Shown here in pieces: positions 1 to 11,129 of a stretch of 64,000 bases of DNA. This stretch comes from an uncultured delta proteobacterium (GTDB taxonomy: Bacteria > Desulfobacterota > Desulfomonilia > UBA1062): contig CAVVYZ010000030.1 of NCBI GenBank assembly GCA_963752595.1, forward strand, positions 109,372 through 173,371. Direction: 5' to 3'. Position numbers and translations under genes: made by a program. The notes beneath the pieces were generated by a model that saw nothing but the letters and a program-made list of their open reading frames with translations, made no database searches and was not told the origin of the DNA. Position 1 is the stretch's first letter. Every line of letters starts with the position of its first letter.

Positions 1-148
1 TCTGTTTTAGATGTAATTTTTGTGTCATTATTTGGGAGGTTTCGTCAGGGGATTTATATGCTCGTTTTCTTCAGGCAGGTACGAGCCGCTGCATAATCAT
101 CAGTATTTAAGGGTAGAATCTAAACTTGTTTGGGGTGGATATACTGCG

Positions 149-1339
149 ATGAATGTACTTCTCGAAGGAATCAGGATACTCGATTTCAGCTATCTCCTGC
201 CCGGCCCGTTTGCAACCATGATGCTCTCCGATCTCGGCGCCGAGGTTCTTCGGGTGGAATCACCCAGCAGGATAGATATGGCACGTCTGGCACCCCCCTT
301 TGTTGATAAAGATCAGCAGGTTTCCTGCATGCATGCCACGCTGAACAGGAACAAGAAATCAATCGCCCTTGACTTAAAATCCTCCCGGAGCATCGACATC
401 ATCCAGGGGCTCATCAAGGACAAGGGGTATGACGTCATCGTCGAGCAGTTCCGTCCAGGTGCCATGGCTCGTCTCGGGCTGTCTTATGAGTGTCTTGCCC
501 GGCTCTGTCCGGGACTCATCTACTGCTCCATTACCGGCTACGGTCAGACCGGGCCCTTAAGGGACAGGGCAGGCCATGATATCAACTATCTCTCCCTTTC
601 GGGCATCATGAGTTATTCCGGCAGGGAACGCACCGGTCCGTGCCAGATGGGAATCCAGGTGGCCGATGTCGGTTCCGGATCGAATAACGCAGTCATAGGG
701 ATCCTTGCGGCAATTATCCACCGGATGAAGACCGGCGAGGGGCAGTATATCGATATATCCATGACTGACGGGATGTTTCCCCACCATGTGGTCAGCGGCA
801 TCAGGACGCTCGTCGGCGATGCGGACCCGGGGCTGGAGACGGAGCTGCTCAACGGTGCATCCCTCTATGGGTTTTACGAGACCTCCGATGGTCAGTACCT
901 CTCGTTCGGGGGGCTGGAGCCGCAATTCCTCACGGCTTTTCTCAAAGCGCTCGGGCTCGAAGGGTATATCGATCGCCTCATGGAGCCGGAGATTACCAGT
1001 GAGATCAAAGTTCAGGCGGCTGAAAAGATACGTTCCCGGACGAGGGAGCATTGGATAGAGGTTTTTAGCACTGCCGATGCCTGTGTGGAGCCCGTGCTCA
1101 CGGTGTCGGAATCTGTTTCAAGCGGCCATGCCGCTGCTCGTGGGCTCGTTGTCGAAGTACCAGGCCCGGATGGATTGCCAATCAGGCAGATCGGCCTTCC
1201 CATACACTTCTCAGGATATGCACCTCAGTACCAGTGGGCCGGCCCTTCATTGGGGCAGCACACAACCGAGATTCTCCAATCTCTTGGAATAGCAGACCAG
1301 GAGATCGGGGATATGAAATCCAAAGGAATTATCGGCTGA
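149..1339 (+). CDS. CaiB/BaiF family (class III) CoA-transferase
   Basis: LEGIRILDFS..LPGPFATMMLSDLGAEV, NRNKKSIALDLK, EQFRPG, GYGQTGP..RAGHDINY motifs; ATG at 149 fits the family N-terminus better than the ORF start at 20. Confidence 0.92.
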   Translation: MNVLLEGIRILDFSYLLPGPFATMMLSDLGAEVLRVESPSRIDMARLAPPFVDKDQQVSCMHATLNRNKKSIALDLKSSRSIDIIQGLIKDKGYDVIVEQFRPGAMARLGLSYECLARLCPGLIYCSITGYGQTGPLRDRAGHDINYLSLSGIMSYSGRERTGPCQMGIQVADVGSGSNNAVIGILAAIIHRMKTGEGQYIDISMTDGMFPHHVVSGIRTLVGDADPGLETELLNGASLYGFYETSDGQYLSFGGLEPQFLTAFLKALGLEGYIDRLMEPEITSEIKVQAAEKIRSRTREHWIEVFSTADACVEPVLTVSESVSSGHAAARGLVVEVPGPDGLPIRQIGLPIHFSGYAPQYQWAGPSLGQHTTEILQSLGIADQEIGDMKSKGIIG

Positions 1340-1370
1340 TGAAAAAGCATATGAAAGGGGGAAGTAAGTT

Positions 1371-2828
1371 ATGGTTGGTATTACATCTTACGGAGGGTAC
1401 ATACCGCGCTATCGTTTAAGCCGCATGACGATCATCCAGAATATGGCGTGGTATTTCCCGGTAATCATGGCAGTAGCCGGAGGGGAAAAGGCGGTTGCGA
1501 ACTGGGATGAGGACAGTCTGAGCATGGCGGTTGCTGCGGCCTGTGACTGCATGGCCGCAAAGGACAGAAAGTCTCTTGGCGGGGTGTTCTTTGCCTCTAC
1601 CACCATGCCGTTTGCAGACCGGCTCAATGCGGGGATCATCGCTGCAGCCCTGAATGCCCCGGAAGGCGGTGTCACGAATGCGGATTTCGGTTCATGCCTG
1701 AAGTCAGGCACCACGGCGGCGATCTCAGCCTTGGAGGCTGTTGAATCCGGGCAAAGGAACAATGTGCTTGTGGCTGCATCCGACTTGAGAAAGTCGAAGA
1801 TGGCGACCATGGCTCGAGATGTTCACCGGAGACGGTGCAGCGGCAGTGCTCTTCGGAAGAGACAATGTCATTGCCGAGTTCAAGGGCAGCTATTCGATGA
1901 GTTATGATTTCATCGATCATTATAAGGGATTCGGCAAGGATTATGACTATCTTTGGGAAGAGAGATGGGTAAGGGATGAAGGGTACGGGAAAATCATACC
2001 CCAGGCCATACAAGGCTTTCTGAAAAAATATGGGGCCTCGATTGCGGATTTCGATAAGGTCATCTACCCTTGCTATTTCACCGGCACGCACCGCGAGATA
2101 GCCAAGAGACTCGGCATCGATCCTTCAAGGGTGCAGGACAATCTGCATACGTCTGCGGGGATACCGGAACAGCCCATCCTCTTATCATGCTCTCTGCCGC
2201 GCTCGAAGAGGCGAAACCGGGTGATAAACTCCTTCTGGCAGGCTTCGGACAGGGATGCGATGTGTTGGGCTTCGAAGCAACAGACAGAATCAAGGGGTTC
2301 AAGCCTGCCCGTGGAGTAGCAGGCTCTCTCGCTGCCAAAGTGGACCTGGTCAGTTACCAGAAGTATGCCAAATTCAAAGACCTCATTGCCGCCGATCTCG
2401 GGATCAGGGGCGAGGCGAACCCGAATACGTCTCTCACCGCTTTATGGCGCAAGCACAAGATGATCTTAGGCTTCGTTGGGGCGAAGTGCATGAAGTGCGG
2501 GACACCTCAATTTCCCCCGCAGCCCATGTGCGTAAACCCTGAATGCAACGAGGTAGGCCGGTTCGAAGATTATGAGTTCGCCGATAAAACTGGCAATATC
2601 CAGATGTTCACCGGCGACCTGCTCTCGCCTTCGGTCGACCCCCCGGCTGTGTACGGCCTCGTAGAATTCGACGGAGGCGGGAAGGCGTTCCTCGACTTCA
2701 CCGACTGCGATCTGAACCAGGTCAAGGTGGGAATGCCCATCACGATGTCTTTCAGGAGAAGGGTCCAGGACCGGGTGCGTGGCTTCACCGGATATTTCTG
2801 GAAGGCCGTCCCGCAGGTCGCAGGGTAA
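1371..2828 (+). CDS. HMG-CoA-synthase-like protein fused to C-terminal DUF35 (Zn-ribbon + OB-fold); two apparent frameshifts
   Basis: Three consecutive ORF pieces: MVGITSYGGYIPRYRL..DEDSLSMAV; GDGAAAVLFG; CGDTGTAHP..GFGQG, then CMKCGTPQFPP..CVNPEC and FTGYFWKAVP. Confidence 0.82.
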
Positions 2829-2839
2829 GGGGGTGCGAG

Positions 2840-4053
2840 ATGGCGAGCGGAATAAGAGATAAGGTTGCAATCATCGGGATGGGATGCACGAAATTCGGTG
2901 AGCGATGGAATGACGGTCCGGAAGAACTGATGGTTGAAGCATTCCAGGAATGCATCCAGGATGCCGGGATCGAGAAGAAAGAGATCCAGGCTGCATGGCT
3001 GGGCACTTGTTTTGATGAGATCATGGTGGGAAAGAGCGCCCTGTCGGCTGTCCATGTCGCTCTGAGGCTTCCCAATATCGCGGTCACCAGGGTGGAGAAT
3101 TTCTGCGCCAGCGGAACCGAGGCTTTCAGGGGCGCGGTCTATGCCGTGGCGTCGGGCGCCTGTGACTTTGCCCTGGCCATGGGGGTGGAGAAGCTCAAGG
3201 ATATCGGCTACGGCGGCCTGCCCGAGTTCAGCTCTGCCATGGGTACGACGAATTCGCTGTGGTTCCCGAACCTGACCGCACCCGGCGGGTTTGCCATGCT
3301 GGCCACCGGCTATGCGGCGAAATACGGCATCGATATCATGGATGTCAAGAGGGCCATGGCCCATGTATCGGTCAAGAGCCATGCAAACGGGCGCCAAGAA
3401 TCCCAAGGCGCATCTGAGAAAGCCGGTGACCGAAGAGCAGGTCCTGAATGTCGCCCATGATCGCCTTCCCCCTGGGGCTTTTCGACTGCTGCGGGGTAAG
3501 CGACGGTTCCGCCTGCGCCATCGTCACCACCCCGGAGATCGCGAAAACGCTTGGGAAAAAGGACATCGTCTCGGTGAAGGCCCTCCAGCTTGCCCTGAGC
3601 AACGGGACGGAGATGGCCTACGACTGGGACGGGGCCCATTTCATCACCACGACCAAGGCGAGCAAGGCGGCATACGAGGAGGCGGGCATCAAGAACCCGC
3701 GGGAGGAGATCAGCATGATGGAGGTGCACGACTGCTTCTCCATCACCGAGCTGGTGACCATGGAAGACCTCCACATCTCGGAGAGGGGCAAGGCGCCCAA
3801 GGATATCATGGACGGGTTCTACGACCTGGACGGGAAGGTCCCCTGCCAGGTGGACGGCGGGCTGAAGTGCTTCGGCCACCCCATCGGCGCCTCCGGCCTG
3901 CGGATGCTCTACGAGATGTACCTCCAGCTTCTCGGGCAGGGCCGGCGAAAGGCAGCTCAAGGACCCGAGATTCGGCCTGACCCACAACCTGGGCGGGTTC
4001 CCGATGATGAACGTCTGCAGCATCGCCATCGTCGGGAAGATATCGAGGCATAA
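2840..4053 (+). CDS. SCP2-type thiolase (acetyl-CoA acetyltransferase family), frameshifted
   Basis: VAIIGMGCTKFGE, VENFCASG (nucleophile Cys), DCCGVSDG, EVHDCF and GHPIGASG spread over pieces in different frames. Confidence 0.88.
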
Positions 4054-4071
4054 TTGAAAAGAGGAGGTGTC

Positions 4072-4524
4072 ATGGCTGATATTCGAAGGTCGGCAAGGAG
4101 TATCGCTCCGATAGCCTGGGAGGTTGAACGAGGCAAGATCCGGGAAATGGCAAGGGCGATCGGCGACCCGAACCCGATTTACCTCGACAGGGAGGCGGCG
4201 ATAAAAGAAGGATACAGGGATACCCCGGCGCCTCCGACCTTCCTCACCGTCCCCATGATGTGGTGCGCGTCCATGCCCGTAATGATCAATGACCTCAAGA
4301 TCAATTTCTTCATGGTCCTCCACGGGGAAGAGGAATACGAATATTACCGGGAGATCTATCCCGGCGACATCGATCACCGGCATCCCGAAGGTCGTCAACA
4401 TCGAGGAGAAGACGAGCAAGTCGGGCAGCGAAAATGGACATGGTCACCCTCGAGATCCTCTATAAAAACCAGAACAGGGAAAAGGTCGCAAAAGCCAGGA
4501 CGCTTGCTGGTCGAGAGGAAATAG
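4072..4524 (+). CDS. MaoC-like dehydratase N-terminal (hotdog fold) protein
   Basis: VERGKIREMARAIGDPNPIYLD..APPTF..VLHGEEEYEY; probable frameshift near the C-terminus. Confidence 0.82.
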   Translation: MADIRRSARSIAPIAWEVERGKIREMARAIGDPNPIYLDREAAIKEGYRDTPAPPTFLTVPMMWCASMPVMINDLKINFFMVLHGEEEYEYYREIYPGDIDHRHPEGRQHRGEDEQVGQRKWTWSPSRSSIKTRTGKRSQKPGRLLVERK

Positions 4525-4535
4525 GAGGCTCGACA

Positions 4536-5012
4536 ATGGTCGGAGAGCAAGAGTATATATTATCGAAGACTGTTCAGATCACGTGGCGATCAGATGCCTG
4601 ACGCTCTGTAAAGGGTCCGGTCCTGAAGCTCCAGCATGTCATGTATGCAGGCGCATCAGGCGATTTCAATCCGCTGCACACGGATGATGATTTTGCGCGG
4701 GCGGTGGGCATGAAAGACGGCGTGATCACCCACGGCATGCTCGTCATGGGGTTCGTGGGCCAGGCCATCACGAGCTGGGTGCCGAAGAAGATGCCTGAAG
4801 GTTTCGGCGTGCGATTTGCCGGGATGACCAGGCCGGGGAATACCATCACCATAACCGGCACGGTGATGGAAAAGAAGCAGGAAGCGGGGGAGAACCTCGT
4901 TACCTGCGAGGTCAGTTGCCGGGATGAGACAGGTGATGTAAAGATAACGGGAAGCTTTTCCGCGGCACTGCCGTCGAAGAGGGCTGATCGAACGAATGCG
5001 AGGAGGGAATGA
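4536..5012 (+). CDS. MaoC family dehydratase
   Basis: YAGASGDFNPLHTDD..HGMLVMG catalytic motif; RBS GGAGG before ATG 4536; 5' end frameshifted. Confidence 0.85.
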
Positions 5013-5015
5013 AGT

Positions 5016-5927
5016 ATGGCAAAGATCGATTTTACCGGGAGAGTTGCGATCGTTACCGGCGCAGGAGCCGGGCTTGGGAGGCAGTATGCCCTCGAGCTGG
5101 CGAAACGCGGGCGCGAAGGTGGTGGTGAACGACCTGGGCGGGACCCGGGACGGCGTCGGGCTCGAGCGATGCTGCGGCGAACAAGGTGGTGGACGAGATC
5201 AAGGCCCTGGGCGGCCAGGCAGTCCCGAACTATGACAACGTGGCGACGGTCCAGGGCGGGGAGAACATCGTGAAGACAGCCGTCGATGCCTTCGGCAAGG
5301 TGGATATCCTCATCAACAATGCCGGAATCCTCAGGGACAAGACCTTCACCAAGATGGAGGAGGAGAACTGGGATGCGGTCATGAACGTGCACCTCAGGGG
5401 CGCCTACTGCGTCACGCAAGCCGGCCTTCACCAATATGCGGGAGAACGGCTACGGCAGGATCATCATGACCACCTCGGGCGCGGGGCTGTTCGGGAACTT
5501 CGGGCAGAGCAACTATGCGTCGGCCAAGATGGGGCTCATCGGGCTCACCAATGTGCTCAAGCTCGAGGGGGCAAAGTACAACATCAAGACCAACGTGATC
5601 GTCCCCGTAGCCGCCTCCCGGCTCACCGAGGATGTGCTTCCGCCGCAGTTCTTCGAGAAGATGAAGCCCGATTTCATCACTCCTGCGGTGCTCTACATGT
5701 GCTCGGAGGAGTGCAAGGATTCGGGCATGATCATCAATGCGACCCTGGGATATTACAGCCGGACGGCCATCGTCACCGGGCCCGGCGCAATCCTCTCCGA
5801 CGGCAAGCAAGATCCCGAGCCCGAAGAGGTCATGGAGAACTGGGACAAGATCAAGAGCCTGGAGAACCCGAAATATTTCGATCAGCTCCCCGAGATGTTC
5901 GGCGTCCTGGGGCCGCTGCTTTCGTAA
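5016..5927 (+). CDS. SDR oxidoreductase (3-hydroxyacyl-CoA dehydrogenase, MFE-2-like), frameshifted
   Basis: [29 protein letters not shown] (YxxxK) across three ORF pieces. Confidence 0.88.
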
Positions 5928-6093
5928 CCGGTGTGAGGGGATAAGTGGGGCTCTTTTAAGCGTTTTATATTTTTATATAAAGAGCATGGAGTGGTATTCC
6001 CGTGGAGACAGAGAATCCAGGTACACGCCTTGATTTGTGGATTCCTGTCTTCATGGGATTGACACTTTACCCGTCTGTTTCTAAACGCGCCCT

Positions 6094-6781
6094 TTAGATG
6101 AGACCTCCGGCACGACAATAAAGCGGACCATATACTTCTCGGGCAGAAACAGGACGGCATGATCCCGACTCCACGGCGCCAACCGTGATTATATACCGCT
6201 TGTTCCTGTCGAGAGAAATATCCTTATCAGCTTGGACAGGAATTTTTACCGGAGGTTGAATGCTGATATCCAGGATGGAGGGTCTGTGGGAGTGGCCTCT
6301 GAACAGGATCGTGAATGGAACGCTTTCATCCCCGAGGAGCGAAGGGAGGAACTCGGAAAGAGGCCTCTTCGTAGCAGCGGGATAGTTGTATGGGGCCGAA
6401 TGCGTGAAGCACACCGACCCGAACTTCAGGGTGTAGGGCAATTCGCTGAACAGGGAGACCACCTCAGGAGGAGCATATTCTTTGCTTGCAGTCCCGATAT
6501 CGTGCAGGATTGTGCATTCGTTATTTCCCCTTACCGCCTTGATATGTATTTTTATGCAAGATATCAAATGCTTGAGAGATGATATGAGGGCTCAGGGAAT
6601 CGCACATATCCCCGAGGTGTATGAGGTTCTCCGCCCCAAGAGCCCTCAATAACTTGATTGCGCTTTTGAGGAGACCGTTCTTCCCGTGACTGTCAGACAT
6701 GATGCCTATGGGCGTGGTGAGCATAGCCGATTCCATATCCCAGGGATAATGGATTTGCCGGATCTTTTCAATCATCTTCAA
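6094..6781 (-). CDS. Calcineurin-like metallophosphoesterase, frameshifted
   Basis: IMSDSHG, IHLGD, VRGNNE, FTHS, FRGHSH motifs over two ORFs. Confidence 0.8.
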
Positions 6782-6817
6782 AGGAAGATATATGCATCGA
6801 AGAATGCACCATATTGA

Positions 6818-6846
6818 TTGACAGATAGGATAAGAGCTGTTATTTT
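6818..6846 (+). promoter_or_regulatory. Putative sigma70 promoter
   Basis: TTGACA (6818-6823), 17-bp spacer, extended TGn-TATTTT (6838-6846), about 50 bp before ATG 6894. Confidence 0.5.
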
Positions 6847-6893
6847 AAAGTTTAAAGTAAAGCTTTAAAACATCCTTCTCCAGGAGGTCTGCA

Positions 6894-8395
6894 ATGGCCG
6901 AATATGATGTGGTGGTAATCGGAGCGGGAAACGGCGGGCTTACCGGCGCGCTTACCCTGGCAAAGGCAGGACGGAAGGTGTTGCTCCTCGAACGGCACAA
7001 TGTCCCCGGCGGGTGCGCCACGAGCTTTGTGCGCGGCAGGTTCGAGTTCGAGGTGGCTCTCCACCAGCTGAGCGGCATGGGATCTGACGAAAGGCCGGGC
7101 CCCCTGAGGTCGGTTCTTGGCGAGCTGGGCGTTATGGACAAGCTTGAGTTCGTGGAGATGGAGAACCTCTACCGGGTAGTCTGGCCTGGATACGTTCGAC
7201 ATCACCCTCGAAGGCCGAGCGGGGAGCGATCATCGAAGACCCTCCAGGAGCGCTTTCCCAAGGAGAAGGAGGCAATCCCGAAGTTCTTCGACCTTGTCTA
7301 CGGCTTCAGCATGGAGATGGTCCAGGGGCTCTTCTTCCGCGATCCCGCGATATCCAAGGAAAAATATCCCCTGTTACTTCAAATATGCCTTCACACCCAC
7401 CCAGAAGGTCCTCGACGAGTTTTTTGACGATCCCTCTTCTGAAGGCCGTGCTCAGCATCTACTGGTCATATGTCGGAGTACCGCCCAGGTGGATGCCCTT
7501 CGGCGATTTTGCCATCATGCTCTTCGCCTACATCGAGTTCAAGCCCTACCACCTCAAAGGAGGGTCCCAGGCCCTCTCCAATGCCCTGCTCGACGAGTTC
7601 CTCTCGAGCGGCGGCGAGGCAAGGTTCAACTGCGGGGCGCAGAAGATCGATATCACGAACGGCCGGATAACCGGCGTAACCACCGAGCACGGGGACACGG
7701 TATCAACTCGCTACGTGCTCTCCAATGCCAGCGTCTCGGAGACCTACCTCAACCTCATGGACCCCGACCAGATGCCCCGGGATGCCCTGGAGGCATACCG
7801 GAGCTCCACCATCGGCCCATCCGCGTTCACCATCTACATGGGATTCGACTGCGAGCCCGGCGAGATGGGCATACAAGAAACAACGAATTTCATCACTACC
7901 ACGACGGACATGGACAAGGCCTTCTCCCAGTGGAAGACCACTGGAACAGCAGGAGGTGGGGGCTGCTCACCTGCTACGATGTCTCGGATCCCGAGCTTCT
8001 CACCCACAGGGAGCATCCCAGGCGGCATTCGTGGCGCTGCAGTACGCCGATCCCTGGTACCTCGTCCCTCCTCATCAGTACTACGACACCAAGTACCGGT
8101 ACGCAGACGGCATGCTCAAGCTCGCAGAGAGAGTGTTCCCCGGCATCAGGGGTCATATCGAGGAGATGGAGGTGGCGACACCCATGACCCACTTACGCTA
8201 TCTCGGGCATCCCGGAGGCGCCATCTACGGCTTTGATCAGTTTGCCAAGGATACCTCCTACTTCATGACCAACACTTCGCCTGTCCAAGGGCTTTACTTT
8301 GCAGGGGCATGGGCAGGCTCGGGGGCTTCCAGCCGACACTTACCTCGGGAAGATCTTCGGCGCGTGCGATCCTGAAATCCATGGCAAAGGGTTAA
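6894..8395 (+). CDS. Phytoene desaturase/retinol saturase-like FAD-dependent oxidoreductase, frameshifted
   Basis: VVIGAGNGGL, LERHNVPGGCATSFVRGRFEFEVALH, KGGSQALSNAL, ATPMTHLRY..GAIYG, GLYFAGAW. Confidence 0.85.
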
Positions 8396-8409
8396 AGAGG
8401 AGGACCGGT

Positions 8410-9604
8410 ATGAGTTTAAAAGATGTTCTGAAAGATATCGAAGGGTACCAGGAGATCAGGGAAGAAATCAATATCCTGAAAAAATACGGCACGGATTATT
8501 CCACCCAAAGGGGTCAGGCCAGGAAGGTCCTGGATCTGCTTCATCCCGGAAAACTAAAATTGCGAGTTTCAGAGGTCATTAGTGAAACTAAGAGCACAAA
8601 GACCTTCAGGATGATTTCAGCTGACGGATACCTGCCACCTTTCCAGGCCGGGCAATATATTAACCTCGTCATTGAAACAGGAGGAATTGTCACCAGCAGG
8701 GATTACAGCATTTCCTCAGCTCCGGGGCAGACAGCCTTTTATGATATCACGGTGCGGCAGCTTGGTGACGGTTTCGTATCAGATTATCTCCTGAACGATG
8801 TAAAGGTGGGAGACGAATTCGAGAGCAGCTCTCCTGCCGGGAATTTTTATCACAACCCCCTCATCCACGGGAACGATCTGGTATTTCTTGCCGGAGGGAG
8901 CGGGATTACCCCGTTCATGAGCATGATCCGCGAGGCTTCCGGCAGAGGTCTTGATCGTCGTATTCACCTGATTTATGGCAGCCGGACCCCTGATGATGTG
9001 ATCTTTGAACAGGAAATCGAGGACCTTTCCCGGAAACACCCGAATTTCAATTGGACACTCGTCATCTCGAATCCTCCGGAGGGATACACCGGCCGCACCG
9101 GTTTTATCACGGCTGATCTCATGAAAGAGACCCTTGGAGGGGATTTATCGGGCAAGACATTTTTTGTTTGCGGCCCTGAGGCGATGTATACCTTCTGTGA
9201 GAAAGAGCTTTATCGTCTGGACATTCCCAGGAAAAATATCCGCACCGAGATGTACGGGCCGCCGAAGGACGTTGCCGGACAGCCTGGATGGCCTGCCGGC
9301 ACCGGCCGTGACGAAATGGTCACTGTTTCCATAAAGAACGGAAAGTCAATCCAGGTGCGCACTACAGAACCCCTGATGAATTCACTAGAGCGAAACGGCA
9401 TTGTCATCCCTGCCTTATGCAGGTCGGGTGAATGCAGCCTCTGCAGGACAAAACTCCTGAAAGGAAAGGTTTTTCAGCCCGAAGGGGTCAAGACTTAGGG
9501 CATCGGACCGAAGGTTCGGCTATATCCACCCATGTATGGCTTTTCCCTTGAGCGATCTTGAAATCCTGCTGCCTAGTGGTGGATTCTCGAATTCATTTGG
9601 TTAA
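8410..9604 (+). CDS. FAD/NAD(P)-binding reductase with C-terminal 2Fe-2S domain (PDR/Hcr-like)
   Basis: FQAGQY, RDYSISS, LAGGSGITPF, VCGPEAM, CRSGECSLC; the last Cys (GYIHPCMA) is in a shifted frame ending at 9604. Confidence 0.85.
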
Positions 9605-9961
9605 AAATGGCTGAAAATGCAATCTTGCATATTGATTTATTACGAAATTTACAAATCGTATCTCCCTGAAAATTAGCTTCATTCATAGGTATTTTCTACA
9701 TATAGTACATGAGCTGGAAAAGGGCTTATCTGAGTGTTCTGCAAGCTTGACCAGCACCTAGGTATGTTATATGTGTTTTGCTGTCCTTATTTAATGATTA
9801 GCGTATCTTACAATTGGTCATTCCATGGAGATGGTTAATACACCGGGAATGGCGGAGCTTTGCTGTTAAAAGGGCTTATAATGATCTTGCATAAACGTGG
9901 TGAGGCTTTATTATCTCTTTCCAATTAAATATCAACAAACAACATCACTTCTGGAGGGGAA

Positions 9962-11122
9962 ATGGCTGTACAGTTCATTGACTTACATACTCAGCAAACA
10001 AGGATTTATGATAAGATTCTGGAGAATATCAAAAATGTCTTTTCTCATGGGCAATATATTATGGGTCCTGAAATCAAAATGCTGGAGAATCGATTGGGAG
10101 ATTATGTCGGAGCGAAATATGCGGTTTCCTGCTCATCAGGAACCGATGCACTCCTGATGGCCCTTATGGCATATGGAGTTGGTCCCGGGGATGCCGTTTT
10201 CACCACCCCGTTTACTTTCGTAGCGACGGCCGAGGTAATTTCCTTGCTCGGTGCTACCCCGGTATTCGTCGACATCGATCCGGATACGTTCAATATCTCC
10301 CCTGCTCAAATCGATAAAGCTGTCACAGCATTGGAGAACAAGGATCCGGGTATACATCCTCTACCAAAAGGATATGAGCAATTAAGGCCAAGAGGAGTCA
10401 TTCCGGTGGATCTCTTCGGCCAGCCTGCAGATTATGAAAAGATCAATGCGATCGGCTCTGCTAGAAAACTCTTTGTCCTTGAGGATGCAGCGCAATCCTT
10501 TGGCGGAGAATATAAGGGGAAAAAGGCATGCTCCCTCGCAGACATGGCAGCCACATCATTCTTTCCGGCAAAACCCCTTGGCTGCTATGGAGACGGCGGA
10601 ATGGTGTTCACCGATAATGACGACTTGTATGAACAGCTTACTTCTATCAGGGTACATGGAAAAGGCACTGACAAGTACGATAACATCAGGATCGGCATCA
10701 ACGGCAGATGCGATACCCTCCAAGCAGCGATTCTCCTGTCTAAATTCGAGATATTCCCTGAAGAGATCGATCTCAGGCAGAAGGTTGCCAAGCGCTATAG
10801 CGATTCGTTGAAGGATAGCCCAAACATCGAAACACCCCATATACAGAATGGCTTTCTTAGTGCCTGGGCGCAGTATTCGATCACCAGCAAAAAGAAAGAA
10901 GATATCTTAACTGCCCTCAAGAAGGCAGGCATTCCCACTGCTGTTTACTATCCCAAACCTCTCCATCTCCAGGGAGCGTACAGCTATCTGGGTCACAAGC
11001 CGGGTGATTTCCCTGTTTCAGAGGAAATAGCCGGTAAAATCTTCTCTCTGCCCATGCATCCGTATCTCACGGAGCAAGAGCAGAAGCAGATAACGGACGC
11101 AATCTTAAGTGCAGTAAGATAA
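9962..11122 (+). CDS. DegT/DnrJ/EryC1/StrS sugar aminotransferase (WbpE-like)
   Basis: SSGTDALLMAL, FTFVATAE, EDAAQSFG, SFFPAKPLGCYGDGG. Confidence 0.93.
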   Translation: MAVQFIDLHTQQTRIYDKILENIKNVFSHGQYIMGPEIKMLENRLGDYVGAKYAVSCSSGTDALLMALMAYGVGPGDAVFTTPFTFVATAEVISLLGATPVFVDIDPDTFNISPAQIDKAVTALENKDPGIHPLPKGYEQLRPRGVIPVDLFGQPADYEKINAIGSARKLFVLEDAAQSFGGEYKGKKACSLADMAATSFFPAKPLGCYGDGGMVFTDNDDLYEQLTSIRVHGKGTDKYDNIRIGINGRCDTLQAAILLSKFEIFPEEIDLRQKVAKRYSDSLKDSPNIETPHIQNGFLSAWAQYSITSKKKEDILTALKKAGIPTAVYYPKPLHLQGAYSYLGHKPGDFPVSEEIAGKIFSLPMHPYLTEQEQKQITDAILSAVR

Positions 11123-11129
11123 CTCATGA

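Noticed and set aside
2570-5434. Long antisense ORFs (2570-3406, 3310-4419, 4574-5434; also 19956-20726, 53987-55090, 58830-60068)
   Set aside because: Shadow frames of GC-rich genes or transposases with no recognisable motifs
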